Positions 41,648 through 49,825 of a stretch of DNA of 64,000 nt are shown here, one piece after another. The notes below the pieces were generated by a model. The model saw only the letters and a program-made list of their open reading frames with translations. It did not search any database and had not been told where the DNA came from. The stretch lies in the IMG/VR virus record IMGVR_UViG_3300041411_000129, positions 62,001 to 126,000 of that record; one strand, 5' to 3'. The translations under genes were made by a program, and so were the position numbers. The first letter of the stretch is position 1; every line of letters starts with the position of its first letter.

Positions 41648-41827
41648 ATGAGTAATCAAGCAACTAATAAGCCGATCTTTCTGCGTTCCGGTGATGATCT
41701 TGACTGCGATTGCGGTCGACGGGGAAGCGTAAAGATTCCGTATCAAACAGCTCCAGGCAAAACCTCGTACCACGTTTTCTGTGATGATCATTACGATGAT
41801 TGGAAGGAAGACAACAAAGGGTCTTAA
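41648..41827 (+). CDS. 59-aa putative zinc-finger protein (absent from the ORF track)
   Basis: AGGAGGT RBS; translated by hand as MSNQATNKPIFLRSGDDLDCDCGRRGSVKIPYQTAPGKTSYHVFCDDHYDDWKEDNKGS; CxC...CxxH. Confidence 0.75.
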   Translation: MSNQATNKPIFLRSGDDLDCDCGRRGSVKIPYQTAPGKTSYHVFCDDHYDDWKEDNKGS

Positions 41828-42018
41828 TGATGTCTCAGCAAGAACCTGCAAAGCTCCAACCGGTTTGCTCTCAGTGTGGGAAGCAGGTCGATACGTTGTT
41901 CACCACAACGTTAAACACAGGTGGGTACAGTTCGATTGTTGCGAACGTGTGTCCTGCTTGTATTTCTTCTAAGGGTGACGTTAGCAAGCATCTTGCCGAC
42001 TACTCACCAGAAGCATAA
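41827..42018 (+). CDS. small zinc-ribbon protein
   Basis: TAATG coupling; CSQC...CPAC. Confidence 0.75.
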   Translation: MMSQQEPAKLQPVCSQCGKQVDTLFTTTLNTGGYSSIVANVCPACISSKGDVSKHLADYSPEA

Positions 42019-42086
42019 GGACTTGCCGGGGCGTTCCCGGCGCTTATGCCGCTAAGCACGATTTCTAACTTCTTAAGGATTCCAAG

Positions 42087-42878
42087 ATGATCACCACTGA
42101 CACTACACCAGTATCCGCTCTGCAAGCTGCTTTCGCTCACGTTCAACAGGAACATCTGGTAACTGCCGCTGACTTCCCAGTCGTTTGGTGTAATGCGCCA
42201 GAGTCCGAAGTTCTGAAAGCATACACCGTAGACAACGGCAAGATGTTCCTCACCGAGGCTGAGTTCCAGGAGATCATGGCCAACTCCGCTAACAACAAGA
42301 ACGTAGTCAATATCTTCAGTACTCCGGTCAGGCAAGACCTCACCGTCGATCTATACCGCAACAAAGACGTTAACAAGGTCGACCTGTCTAACAGCAAGTA
42401 CATGGTCCGAGGTGACCTCGACTCTATTCCAGTTGATGAAGTGGTTGACAAAGACGCCAAGCTGCGTTACGTCCTGTCTGCCGCCGATATCTGGCCTGAA
42501 TCCGAAATCCCTGTCGAAGTTGCTCCAGCTCCAATCGAAACCGAAATGGGGCTTAGCACCCCACGTACGTACATGCAGTCGATCGCTGAAATCAAACCTC
42601 TGGATGAACCTATCATCTGGAACCAAACCGATGGCATCATCGAATACCTGCACATCTTCAAGAACCTCCCGACCAAAGAGCTCGACAAGGAATGTGCCTC
42701 GCCGTGCTTCCGTAGCATGATGGTTGCATTGAAACGCAATCTCTGGTTCAACGAAGGTATCAACGTAGAACTGGCGCGCCGTCTCCGCAAGGAAGGCTTC
42801 ACCGTGAACTACGTGACGTACCGTAATGAACTGACCGTCATCGTACACCCTGATGGACCTTTCGTCTGGAAGGTTTAA
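42087..42878 (+). CDS. hypothetical protein
   Basis: TAAGGA RBS, 263 aa. Confidence 0.8.
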   Translation: MITTDTTPVSALQAAFAHVQQEHLVTAADFPVVWCNAPESEVLKAYTVDNGKMFLTEAEFQEIMANSANNKNVVNIFSTPVRQDLTVDLYRNKDVNKVDLSNSKYMVRGDLDSIPVDEVVDKDAKLRYVLSAADIWPESEIPVEVAPAPIETEMGLSTPRTYMQSIAEIKPLDEPIIWNQTDGIIEYLHIFKNLPTKELDKECASPCFRSMMVALKRNLWFNEGINVELARRLRKEGFTVNYVTYRNELTVIVHPDGPFVWKV

Positions 42879-42962
42879 ACTGAGTCCCCTTTAGTCCGGC
42901 GTCTTTACTGTTCCCTTGGGATGCCGGGCTCTTTTTTTCTTTGTCCAACGTTGGAGTTTCTC

Positions 42963-43514
42963 ATGCCCTTAAGATCTGAACGCGATAAACTGCTACTCCT
43001 CTACATCTCTTCTGATGTTCCGATCATCACTCTCGAGAACTACGAGAAGTGGTACAACATCTACGTCGTTTTCCCAGGTGACGTAGTAGAGACAGTTCCA
43101 GGTGATCTCGTGATGGAAGCTTCTGGAAATGATGGCTTGTGGGTTGACCATGACTATCACCCTCAACTACTGCACAACTTGGCCAAGATCTACTGCGGTC
43201 AAGTCGATCATCTGGCTCTAGAAGTGGCCGCTGGTCGCTGGGTTCTTTCTGGTCATGGCAGTATCGGCGATACAGGCTACATTGTCGATCAGGAAGTTGA
43301 AGACACGATGTTCGAAGCCGCCGATGATACTTCGTTCGAGATGGAACGTAACGTTCGTTGCCATTGCTGCGTCAAAGTAGCACGGGAGCAGTTCAAGGTT
43401 TCCCGTCGGATCGATCCTGTCGGTGAGCACAAGCTGTTCCGCTTCTGCGGTGAACACCTCAAGGAGTTCAACGAACACCGTTTCAACTGGATCTCTAAAC
43501 ATTACAACGGCTGA
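42963..43514 (+). CDS. hypothetical protein with C-terminal Cys/His finger
   Basis: GGAG RBS; CHCC...FCGEH. Confidence 0.75.
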   Translation: MPLRSERDKLLLLYISSDVPIITLENYEKWYNIYVVFPGDVVETVPGDLVMEASGNDGLWVDHDYHPQLLHNLAKIYCGQVDHLALEVAAGRWVLSGHGSIGDTGYIVDQEVEDTMFEAADDTSFEMERNVRCHCCVKVAREQFKVSRRIDPVGEHKLFRFCGEHLKEFNEHRFNWISKHYNG

Positions 43515-43524
43515 GGAAGTCACG

Positions 43525-44256
43525 ATGTTCACTATTACAGCGCTGCACGTTATCGAAGAATTGGGCCCTAAGTTCAGTGAGTTCCTGAAGAAGAACCAAC
43601 TGATTGAGTTTGTCACCGACCCTACTGGCTATCTGGATGAGAAGACCGTTATCGGTACTATCTTCACTTTGGCTTATGGCAATGGTGTCCACTCGGCGCA
43701 GTTCGAAGAATGTAGTAAGCGCCTTGTTTCATTGTTGGGTGGCCATGTGCCTGAAGAACTGGTCGATGAGATCCTTTCGCAGGCACTGGGTTATCGGGAT
43801 AGAGCTCAACTTCGTTCTAAGGCTGTAAAGCTGAAGTTCAAGTCGAGAACGTATTACTACCCGAGCGTTTGGCGTCACGGGATGACTGGCCGGAAACAAA
43901 TCTTCGAGCCGGACTCCATTGCTCCAATCGACGTAAAGGTTAAGGTCATCGATTACTGGTCTCTGTTCCTAGAGCGAGGCTACGACATTCAACCAGCGAC
44001 TTACTACACTCCGGTCGACTACATGGTGAAGGTGGCATTCCACTATAACCAATGCCGTAAGACCTTGAAAGAGTGTGCGCGGGATATGCAGATCCTGTCG
44101 TCTGGTCAATTGACCCTCGGTGACTCTTACCGACTCCTAGCTAAGGCGATGGGGTACGAATCTTGGTATCACGCTAAGGTGTCGTCTGCTCCTGACGAAC
44201 ATATCGAAAACCTGAGAAACCCACGTCCCTCTATCGGCGATTACGCCCAACTTTAA
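43525..44256 (+). CDS. hypothetical protein with a duplicated small helical domain
   Basis: GAGGA RBS; two copies of ECxxx(L/M)xxLxxG...(I/L)LxxA(L/M)GY. Confidence 0.75.
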   Translation: MFTITALHVIEELGPKFSEFLKKNQLIEFVTDPTGYLDEKTVIGTIFTLAYGNGVHSAQFEECSKRLVSLLGGHVPEELVDEILSQALGYRDRAQLRSKAVKLKFKSRTYYYPSVWRHGMTGRKQIFEPDSIAPIDVKVKVIDYWSLFLERGYDIQPATYYTPVDYMVKVAFHYNQCRKTLKECARDMQILSSGQLTLGDSYRLLAKAMGYESWYHAKVSSAPDEHIENLRNPRPSIGDYAQL

Positions 44257-44268
44257 GGAATACCTATC

Positions 44269-44634
44269 ATGGGTGAATTGATTATTTGGTGGATTACTGG
44301 CGAGCAAGTAAAAGAGATCTTTGCTCGTTACGCTAAACATGAGAAAGGTGAGTTTGACCGAGTAACTTTACCCGATGGTCTTCCGAATTACCTGAAGGAG
44401 GAGCTCGGTTCTCGTAATGGCCGGCCTGGACGTTGCCGTCTGTGGATCAATCATAAGTTTGAATTCCAGGGCTGTAACTGGGATCAGGCTAAAGCTGACG
44501 AGTTGTTCGAGGGTATTGATCAGGCAGACATTGGCGGTATCGTCATGTGGCGTCACGATATCCAGCGTCTGTTGGATTTCGATTTCCCTAATCTCTTCAC
44601 AGACAAAGATCTGAATAAGATCGAAGAAATCTAA
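44269..44634 (+). CDS. hypothetical protein
   Basis: TAAGGA RBS. Confidence 0.75.
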   Translation: MGELIIWWITGEQVKEIFARYAKHEKGEFDRVTLPDGLPNYLKEELGSRNGRPGRCRLWINHKFEFQGCNWDQAKADELFEGIDQADIGGIVMWRHDIQRLLDFDFPNLFTDKDLNKIEEI

Positions 44635-44676
44635 ACTATACGGCGTTTATGCCGTAACCGATAAGAGTTAAGTCCC

Positions 44677-46155
44677 ATGACTATCCGCGAAGAAGTTATC
44701 GCTTTGAAACCAACAACAACCGAACGTGAAGTTCCTACCCGTATCTTCGGCGAAGCTGAAGTGCGTCAGACGTACATCGACAAGGCTAAGTACGAGAGTG
44801 CTGGTCGAGGTTCTTTCAATCCGTTATTGTCGCTGATTGGACCTAATGCTGACTTCGATGGTAATGCCTTGAATATAAAACCGGGGCAACTAGAGCAAGT
44901 GCTCTTTACACGAGGTTACGCTACAGATATAAATTCCGACATCTCTCTCACTCCAGATGCGTTCGCTGATTATCAGCGGTTTATGGCTGAGTCACAAACA
45001 GCGATGGTTCTCGAGACAGGTGACGCGACTAAAGCCCTGATCATGGAGAACAAACCGCTGGACGAGAGCGAATACTTCAACCGTAAAATGTTGGCTAAGG
45101 CTGAAGCGGTTGAGCAACGTATCTTGAAGTTGATGGAAGAAGGGATGACTCGTGTTGAGGCTACTCAAGTAGTTGCTTATAACGCAGATCAGCTCAACAA
45201 AATGCGCCAGAAAGAATGGCGCGCACACGTCAACGGTTATGAACTCTTTGGTCCTGATGATCCTAATCGCCGGCCTATTAAGGACCCGACATCTTACGAT
45301 GACGATCTGATCGCTCGTCAATACCGTGATCCACTCTTTAAGGTCCGAGCTATTGAGGATCACATCGAGAGCATCATGATGTTCAAAGATCCTGGTTGGG
45401 AAGCTCGGATTATCCGTCTGCGTAAAGAACAAGCGATGTTGATGGCGCCGGTTGCAGAACCTGTAGTCGCTGAACCGGAAGAGCCACCACCTCCACCGCC
45501 TATTCTGGACTTCACCACCGGTGATCTGGAAATGCCTGAGCGATTCATCATCAAGGATCTCAAAGGCTTCGAGTTCAATCCAGATACCAAGTTCGATGGT
45601 CTGCGCCTGCCTTACGATTCCTGCCTGTTTGTATTGGGTGATGAACTGAAGGCTGTTGTTCTGGCTACTCAAGAAGATGAGGACGTAATCACTCTGAAGC
45701 TTCTATCTGAGACCAAGAAGGATATCCCTTGGCACGCCACTGCAACGCTGTACGCGCGTCTTCAAGGCGATAAGGTTAAGGTTCGTTGGGGTAACACTAA
45801 ACGCAGCCTGGATAAGCGTTTGGGTATGGTGTCTTCTGTTCTTGCCTTCATCGCTGGTGAGCAGCTTAGTGAAGTTGAGATTGAAACCGTTATCACCGCC
45901 CCTGAGCAAGATGTTCCTCCACCTAAGCCTGGCAACTGCTACAATGTGGTTAGTCTGGTGCAAGGTCGTCGCGGTAAACGCACTGACTGGAAAGGTGGCA
46001 CTCACGCCTCTCCTCGCGAACACAAACGTAAAGGTCACTGGTGGCCTGGCAAACACGGTCCTATCTGGATCAAGGCTACTATCGTGAACAAAGGCGTTCT
46101 CGGTAAAGTCGATAAAGAATATCACGTCACTAAACTTGAAGGAACAAACGCATGA
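44677..46155 (+). CDS. multidomain early protein with an RNAP active-site-like peptide (PNADFDGN) and a C-terminal SPRxHxRxGHW domain
   Basis: 492 aa; motif at 44845-44865; poly-Pro linker; basic His-rich C-terminus. Confidence 0.8.
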   Translation: MTIREEVIALKPTTTEREVPTRIFGEAEVRQTYIDKAKYESAGRGSFNPLLSLIGPNADFDGNALNIKPGQLEQVLFTRGYATDINSDISLTPDAFADYQRFMAESQTAMVLETGDATKALIMENKPLDESEYFNRKMLAKAEAVEQRILKLMEEGMTRVEATQVVAYNADQLNKMRQKEWRAHVNGYELFGPDDPNRRPIKDPTSYDDDLIARQYRDPLFKVRAIEDHIESIMMFKDPGWEARIIRLRKEQAMLMAPVAEPVVAEPEEPPPPPPILDFTTGDLEMPERFIIKDLKGFEFNPDTKFDGLRLPYDSCLFVLGDELKAVVLATQEDEDVITLKLLSETKKDIPWHATATLYARLQGDKVKVRWGNTKRSLDKRLGMVSSVLAFIAGEQLSEVEIETVITAPEQDVPPPKPGNCYNVVSLVQGRRGKRTDWKGGTHASPREHKRKGHWWPGKHGPIWIKATIVNKGVLGKVDKEYHVTKLEGTNA

Positions 46156-46781
46156 AACTGATTACCCGCCGTGCATTCAAACTGTTGGAAGGTGAAGTAC
46201 TGTTCTCGAAATACTCTCCGATGGTCTTCGAAGGATTTGAGATCAAACTCGAAAACTGCGGCAACAACGATTGGGTTACCGATCCGATCCGACCTGACAA
46301 CATCATGAACGAAGGCTCGGAGGACATGTACCTGAAGTTGGATGTAGCGGAGCAGCTGAAGGATGATCCTAATGCCCCACATCTGGAGATGGATTTCGAC
46401 TACTCTGGCCGTGACGGTCTTTACGAAGATGACGATTCTCTGATCGCTATCTACGACGAGGCCGATATCCTCAAGTTGGCGGAGCGTCTTGTACGTCTGC
46501 TGCCAAACCACGAGCTGGTGCTTAAAGCCCCCGAGGTTGAGCCAAAGACGGTGGATCTCGACGATGGGCTAACGAAAGAAACTGCTCCAGATCCTGAACG
46601 CTGTAACGATGACGTTTACAAACACGGCGTTAGCCTTGGTTTCCACGACATGACCAAAGACGAGGCGGAAGCCTGGTGTATCGAACAAACCAAGGTAACC
46701 GGTCGTAAGCACGACTGGCACTACGTTGGTGGTCGTGTTCACATCAAGGCTATGCCAGAAGTTAAGGGAGGGGAACAGTAA
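46152..46781 (+). CDS. hypothetical protein
   Basis: ATGA coupling to the previous gene. Confidence 0.8.
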   Translation: MKLITRRAFKLLEGEVLFSKYSPMVFEGFEIKLENCGNNDWVTDPIRPDNIMNEGSEDMYLKLDVAEQLKDDPNAPHLEMDFDYSGRDGLYEDDDSLIAIYDEADILKLAERLVRLLPNHELVLKAPEVEPKTVDLDDGLTKETAPDPERCNDDVYKHGVSLGFHDMTKDEAEAWCIEQTKVTGRKHDWHYVGGRVHIKAMPEVKGGEQ

Positions 46782-47296
46782 TGGGTGCGGATTGGCATGG
46801 TGCTTCCGTAAAACTGAAACCTCGGACGATGCTTAGCGATACTCCGAATACTTTCCTTACGGGGATGTTCGGGCGGGATGTATCTATCACTGACATCGAA
46901 ATCGCCATGGTTCCTAAAGAGGTGGATCTAGGCCGAAACTATCGGCTGTTCTCTTGGTTAGCTGGCGTCTGCGGCGAAACACCACCTCTCCATGAGAATC
47001 TCGAAGAACGGGGTGAAAAGGTTCTGGAGTTACTCGACTGGTTGGGGATCGATAACGACTACAATAAGACTGGTGATTTCTGGATCGGCGATTCCAACTG
47101 GAACTACGTCAGCGTAAAGGAGTTGGTTGAGTTCAATTACGATGCTGAGTCTGTGCCGGGTGGTGATACTTACCGTGAGTTATTCATGGTGCGTGGTGTT
47201 CCTGAAGAGCAGCGTGACGAGTTCTTCAAGTTCATCCAGTGGTGTTCTGAAACCGGGCAGGATTGGATTGTGTTCGGCTTCTACGACGCGTTCTAA
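46781..47296 (+). CDS. hypothetical protein (RNYxLFxxLAGV-type phage motif)
   Basis: TAATG coupling; RNYRLFSWLAGV. Confidence 0.75.
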   Translation: MGADWHGASVKLKPRTMLSDTPNTFLTGMFGRDVSITDIEIAMVPKEVDLGRNYRLFSWLAGVCGETPPLHENLEERGEKVLELLDWLGIDNDYNKTGDFWIGDSNWNYVSVKELVEFNYDAESVPGGDTYRELFMVRGVPEEQRDEFFKFIQWCSETGQDWIVFGFYDAF

Positions 47297-47298
47297 GA

Positions 47299-47337
47299 GT
47301 AGCCTCCCTTCGGGGAGGTTGCTTCATTCTTTTTTTT
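47299..47337 (+). terminator. intrinsic terminator
   Basis: GTAGCCTCCC-TTCG-GGGAGGTTGC plus a T run. Confidence 0.85.
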
Positions 47338-47683
47338 GTAAGAAATAACTTCGACACTTCTCTTATGCATCACACTTCACTCAGCTTGGGAAAGAGGAGG
47401 AAGGGTGGTGTTTACGAAGTAAACACCGGGTTGGTGGTGAATGGGATAGACTAGACTCCGTAGCGAAATGAGTGAAACGATATTGAGTAGGAGTATCTTT
47501 ATAGCGAGGAACTCGCTAAGAGGAATTAAAAATTAACGAAATGTCCTAATGATATTTATAGGGCGTGTAAACAGGATAGGCCTATTGCCTATCCGAGTGA
47601 AAATCCTTTTATGCTCTTTACTTAAAAAAAGCCCTAATGAAATGTAAGCAACTGCTCTTAATTGTTTTTCGAGGATTTCACCG
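47338..47683. other. non-coding hairpin cluster, candidate replication origin or ssDNA signal
   Basis: Three GAA-triloop hairpins, one further 8-bp hairpin and an AT-rich tract; no credible ORF. Confidence 0.5.
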
Positions 47684-48190
47684 ATGACTGAAGCTGAAGA
47701 GAAAGAAAAAGCCAAGAAGCTGGTAGAGGAAACTCAACCGGGCATGCACCTGCGATCTATGCCTGACGCTCGCGAGTCCGGTGAAGTCATGATCGAACTC
47801 CCAACCACCATGCCGTTTGACGATGGCGTGAATGGGATTATCGAAAGTCTTGAAGCCAAGGGTTTTAAGGTTAGCTGGCGCCGCGAAGGCGACGCTTCTT
47901 TTGAAGACGCGTCTGAAGGTATCGACACAGGTCGTCCTGTGGCGGGTACTGCATCTGGGGATAACAACATCATCAATGGCGTAAGCTTACCGAAGGTAGA
48001 CGACCACTCCGTCTACAAGGTGGTAAAGCTGGTGCGTCCTGAAGATACCGTCAAGGATGGCGAGAGCGGATTGCTCTACCTGATGAATGGTAATGGTGAT
48101 GTAAAGGAATACCTTCAGAATGAAGGATTCCTCGTGGTGGATGAAGAAGAGCAGTTGCACACTGCGATTCTGGAGAATGGTGAAGCTTGA
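47684..48190 (+). CDS. acidic hypothetical protein
   Basis: GAGGA RBS; contains SLE and SFE, possible protease sites. Confidence 0.75.
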   Translation: MTEAEEKEKAKKLVEETQPGMHLRSMPDARESGEVMIELPTTMPFDDGVNGIIESLEAKGFKVSWRREGDASFEDASEGIDTGRPVAGTASGDNNIINGVSLPKVDDHSVYKVVKLVRPEDTVKDGESGLLYLMNGNGDVKEYLQNEGFLVVDEEEQLHTAILENGEA

Positions 48191-48238
48191 TCATGCGGCA
48201 TAAAGACGGGGTGGGATTACCCACCCTATCCTAAACCT

Positions 48239-48255
48239 CTACGGTCATACATTAC
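48239..48255 (+). promoter_or_regulatory. putative early promoter of the homing endonuclease
   Basis: CTACGGTCATACATTAC. Confidence 0.55.
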
Positions 48256-48286
48256 CACTTCGATATACATTCGCTGAGGTAATGTC

Positions 48287-48883
48287 ATGGGATCTAAATC
48301 AACTCCTGGGTTCTATGTGATTAAGCATAAACCATCAGGTCATTACTACGGCGGTTCTACCCATTCTGTAATTCAGAGGATCGGCCGCCATAAATCGTTC
48401 CTAACTCGTAGAGAACATCCTAACGAGAAACTGCAAAGTATTTTTACCTCATGGGAAGATATCACTATCACCGTGACGGCTACCGATGATCTTGAAGAAG
48501 CTCAAAGATTGGAGCAAGAGTTCATAAACGAACATTTGAATAAAGAACTGTGCTGCAATGTCGGTACTGGCTCCTCTAGCGTTTGGGCTAAAGGTAAAAT
48601 GCCAGAACACATGAAGGATAAAATCCGTAAGGCTAACACCGGTCGGATATTGTCTGATGAGCATAAAAGAAAAATAGTTGAATCGTTCAAAAATAGTACA
48701 GGGTATGTCAACGCTAGGATCGCAGCTAGAGAGGCATGCGGAAAGAAAGTAAGCATACGCGGTGTAGTTTACCCTAGCGTCAAGGACGCCTCCGTTAAAT
48801 TAGGACACACCCGGCCGACTATCACTAGAAGAATAAATTCCGGCAACCCAAAATACAGTAATTGGTTCTGGGTTGCCGGGTAA
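48287..48883 (+). mobile_element. free-standing GIY-YIG homing endonuclease with NUMOD3 and NUMOD1-like DNA-binding modules
   Basis: GFYVI...YYGGS...R..H...E..FI...N; HMKDKIRKANTGRILSDEHKRKI; YPSVKDASVKLG HTH; more AT-rich than its neighbours. Confidence 0.85.
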
Positions 48884-48902
48884 CGCTAATTACCGACGTG
48901 TA

Positions 48903-49742
48903 TCAGTATCGAGGTCTTGCACCGAGAGACAGCTTAAGGATTTTACGCTTAAGCTCTTGGTCTGCAAGCATCCCGACTTTCTTCCAATCCACGTTGAGGT
49001 AATCCATGTACATCTGGTCAGCATCTGCGTAGCTGTCGATAATCTCCCGGATACGTCCGAGACTTGCGCCAGCTCGAATCTGACCTTCATCCAGATCAAT
49101 GATCAGGTTGTTGTAGATGTACGCCTTGACTGCACGGAAGACGAGTTCCGCAAACTCTGAGTAGTACATCGGGTCGAGGTTGTTAAAGTTCGCCTCGTGG
49201 GACACACGACACCGTACTGCACCGTCACCGACCAACTGGTTGATGTCGTTGACTAGGATGGTGTTAATTCCTACGAGTTGAACGTATGCTGTACCCATTA
49301 CGGTACTGCCGCTAACGGCCCGCATGATGTCACGACCAACCATGAGCATATCGCCAGCACGACGATCGAAACCTGAGTTAGTACTGCTACTCAGGCCTTG
49401 AGTCAAACCGTAGATAAGTTCATGGACAGTTGTGATGTTCCGACCACCCAATGCTTCACGGGGGAATCGGTACACTACGTTGTAAGCATCGATGAAATCA
49501 ACTTCCGCAAAACACAACGGAAGGAACATTTCAGTACCAGAGTTCAGGTTGACATCGATTGCGACACGAGCCTCAATAACGAGTTCGCGGATACGCTGAT
49601 CAATAGACAGCCCATTGACGTTATCGAAATAACGCTCTTGGCGTGTTGGGTCGTAACGCTTTGGCATGAATGCTTGCTTCAAGATATCCGGTGGAATACC
49701 GTTCTTGACACGCATGATCGCCACTGTAACCGGATCTGACAT
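48903..49742 (-). CDS. conserved chimallivirus hypothetical/structural protein
   Basis: GGAGG RBS; IPPDILKQAF and AVKAYIYNNL; divergent from phuZ. Confidence 0.7.
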   Translation of the reverse strand: MSDPVTVAIMRVKNGIPPDILKQAFMPKRYDPTRQERYFDNVNGLSIDQRIRELVIEARVAIDVNLNSGTEMFLPLCFAEVDFIDAYNVVYRFPREALGGRNITTVHELIYGLTQGLSSSTNSGFDRRAGDMLMVGRDIMRAVSGSTVMGTAYVQLVGINTILVNDINQLVGDGAVRCRVSHEANFNNLDPMYYSEFAELVFRAVKAYIYNNLIIDLDEGQIRAGASLGRIREIIDSYADADQMYMDYLNVDWKKVGMLADQELKRKILKLSLGARPRY

Positions 49743-49825
49743 AACGAATCCCTCCAATAGGACTCAAGTGATTTCGCTTGAAGCCTCTTACCATTGTTGC
49801 ACCAACCATCCATTAGGAGCTGTAC

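Noticed and set aside
44677-46155. Annotating this ORF as a true RNAP beta-prime subunit
   Set aside because: Similarity is limited to 13 residues, the third Asp is Asn, and both genuine catalytic subunits are present elsewhere in the window
47263-47715. Short ORFs of 60-63 aa in the hairpin region
   Set aside because: They cross a terminator or hairpins, lack an RBS and have atypical composition
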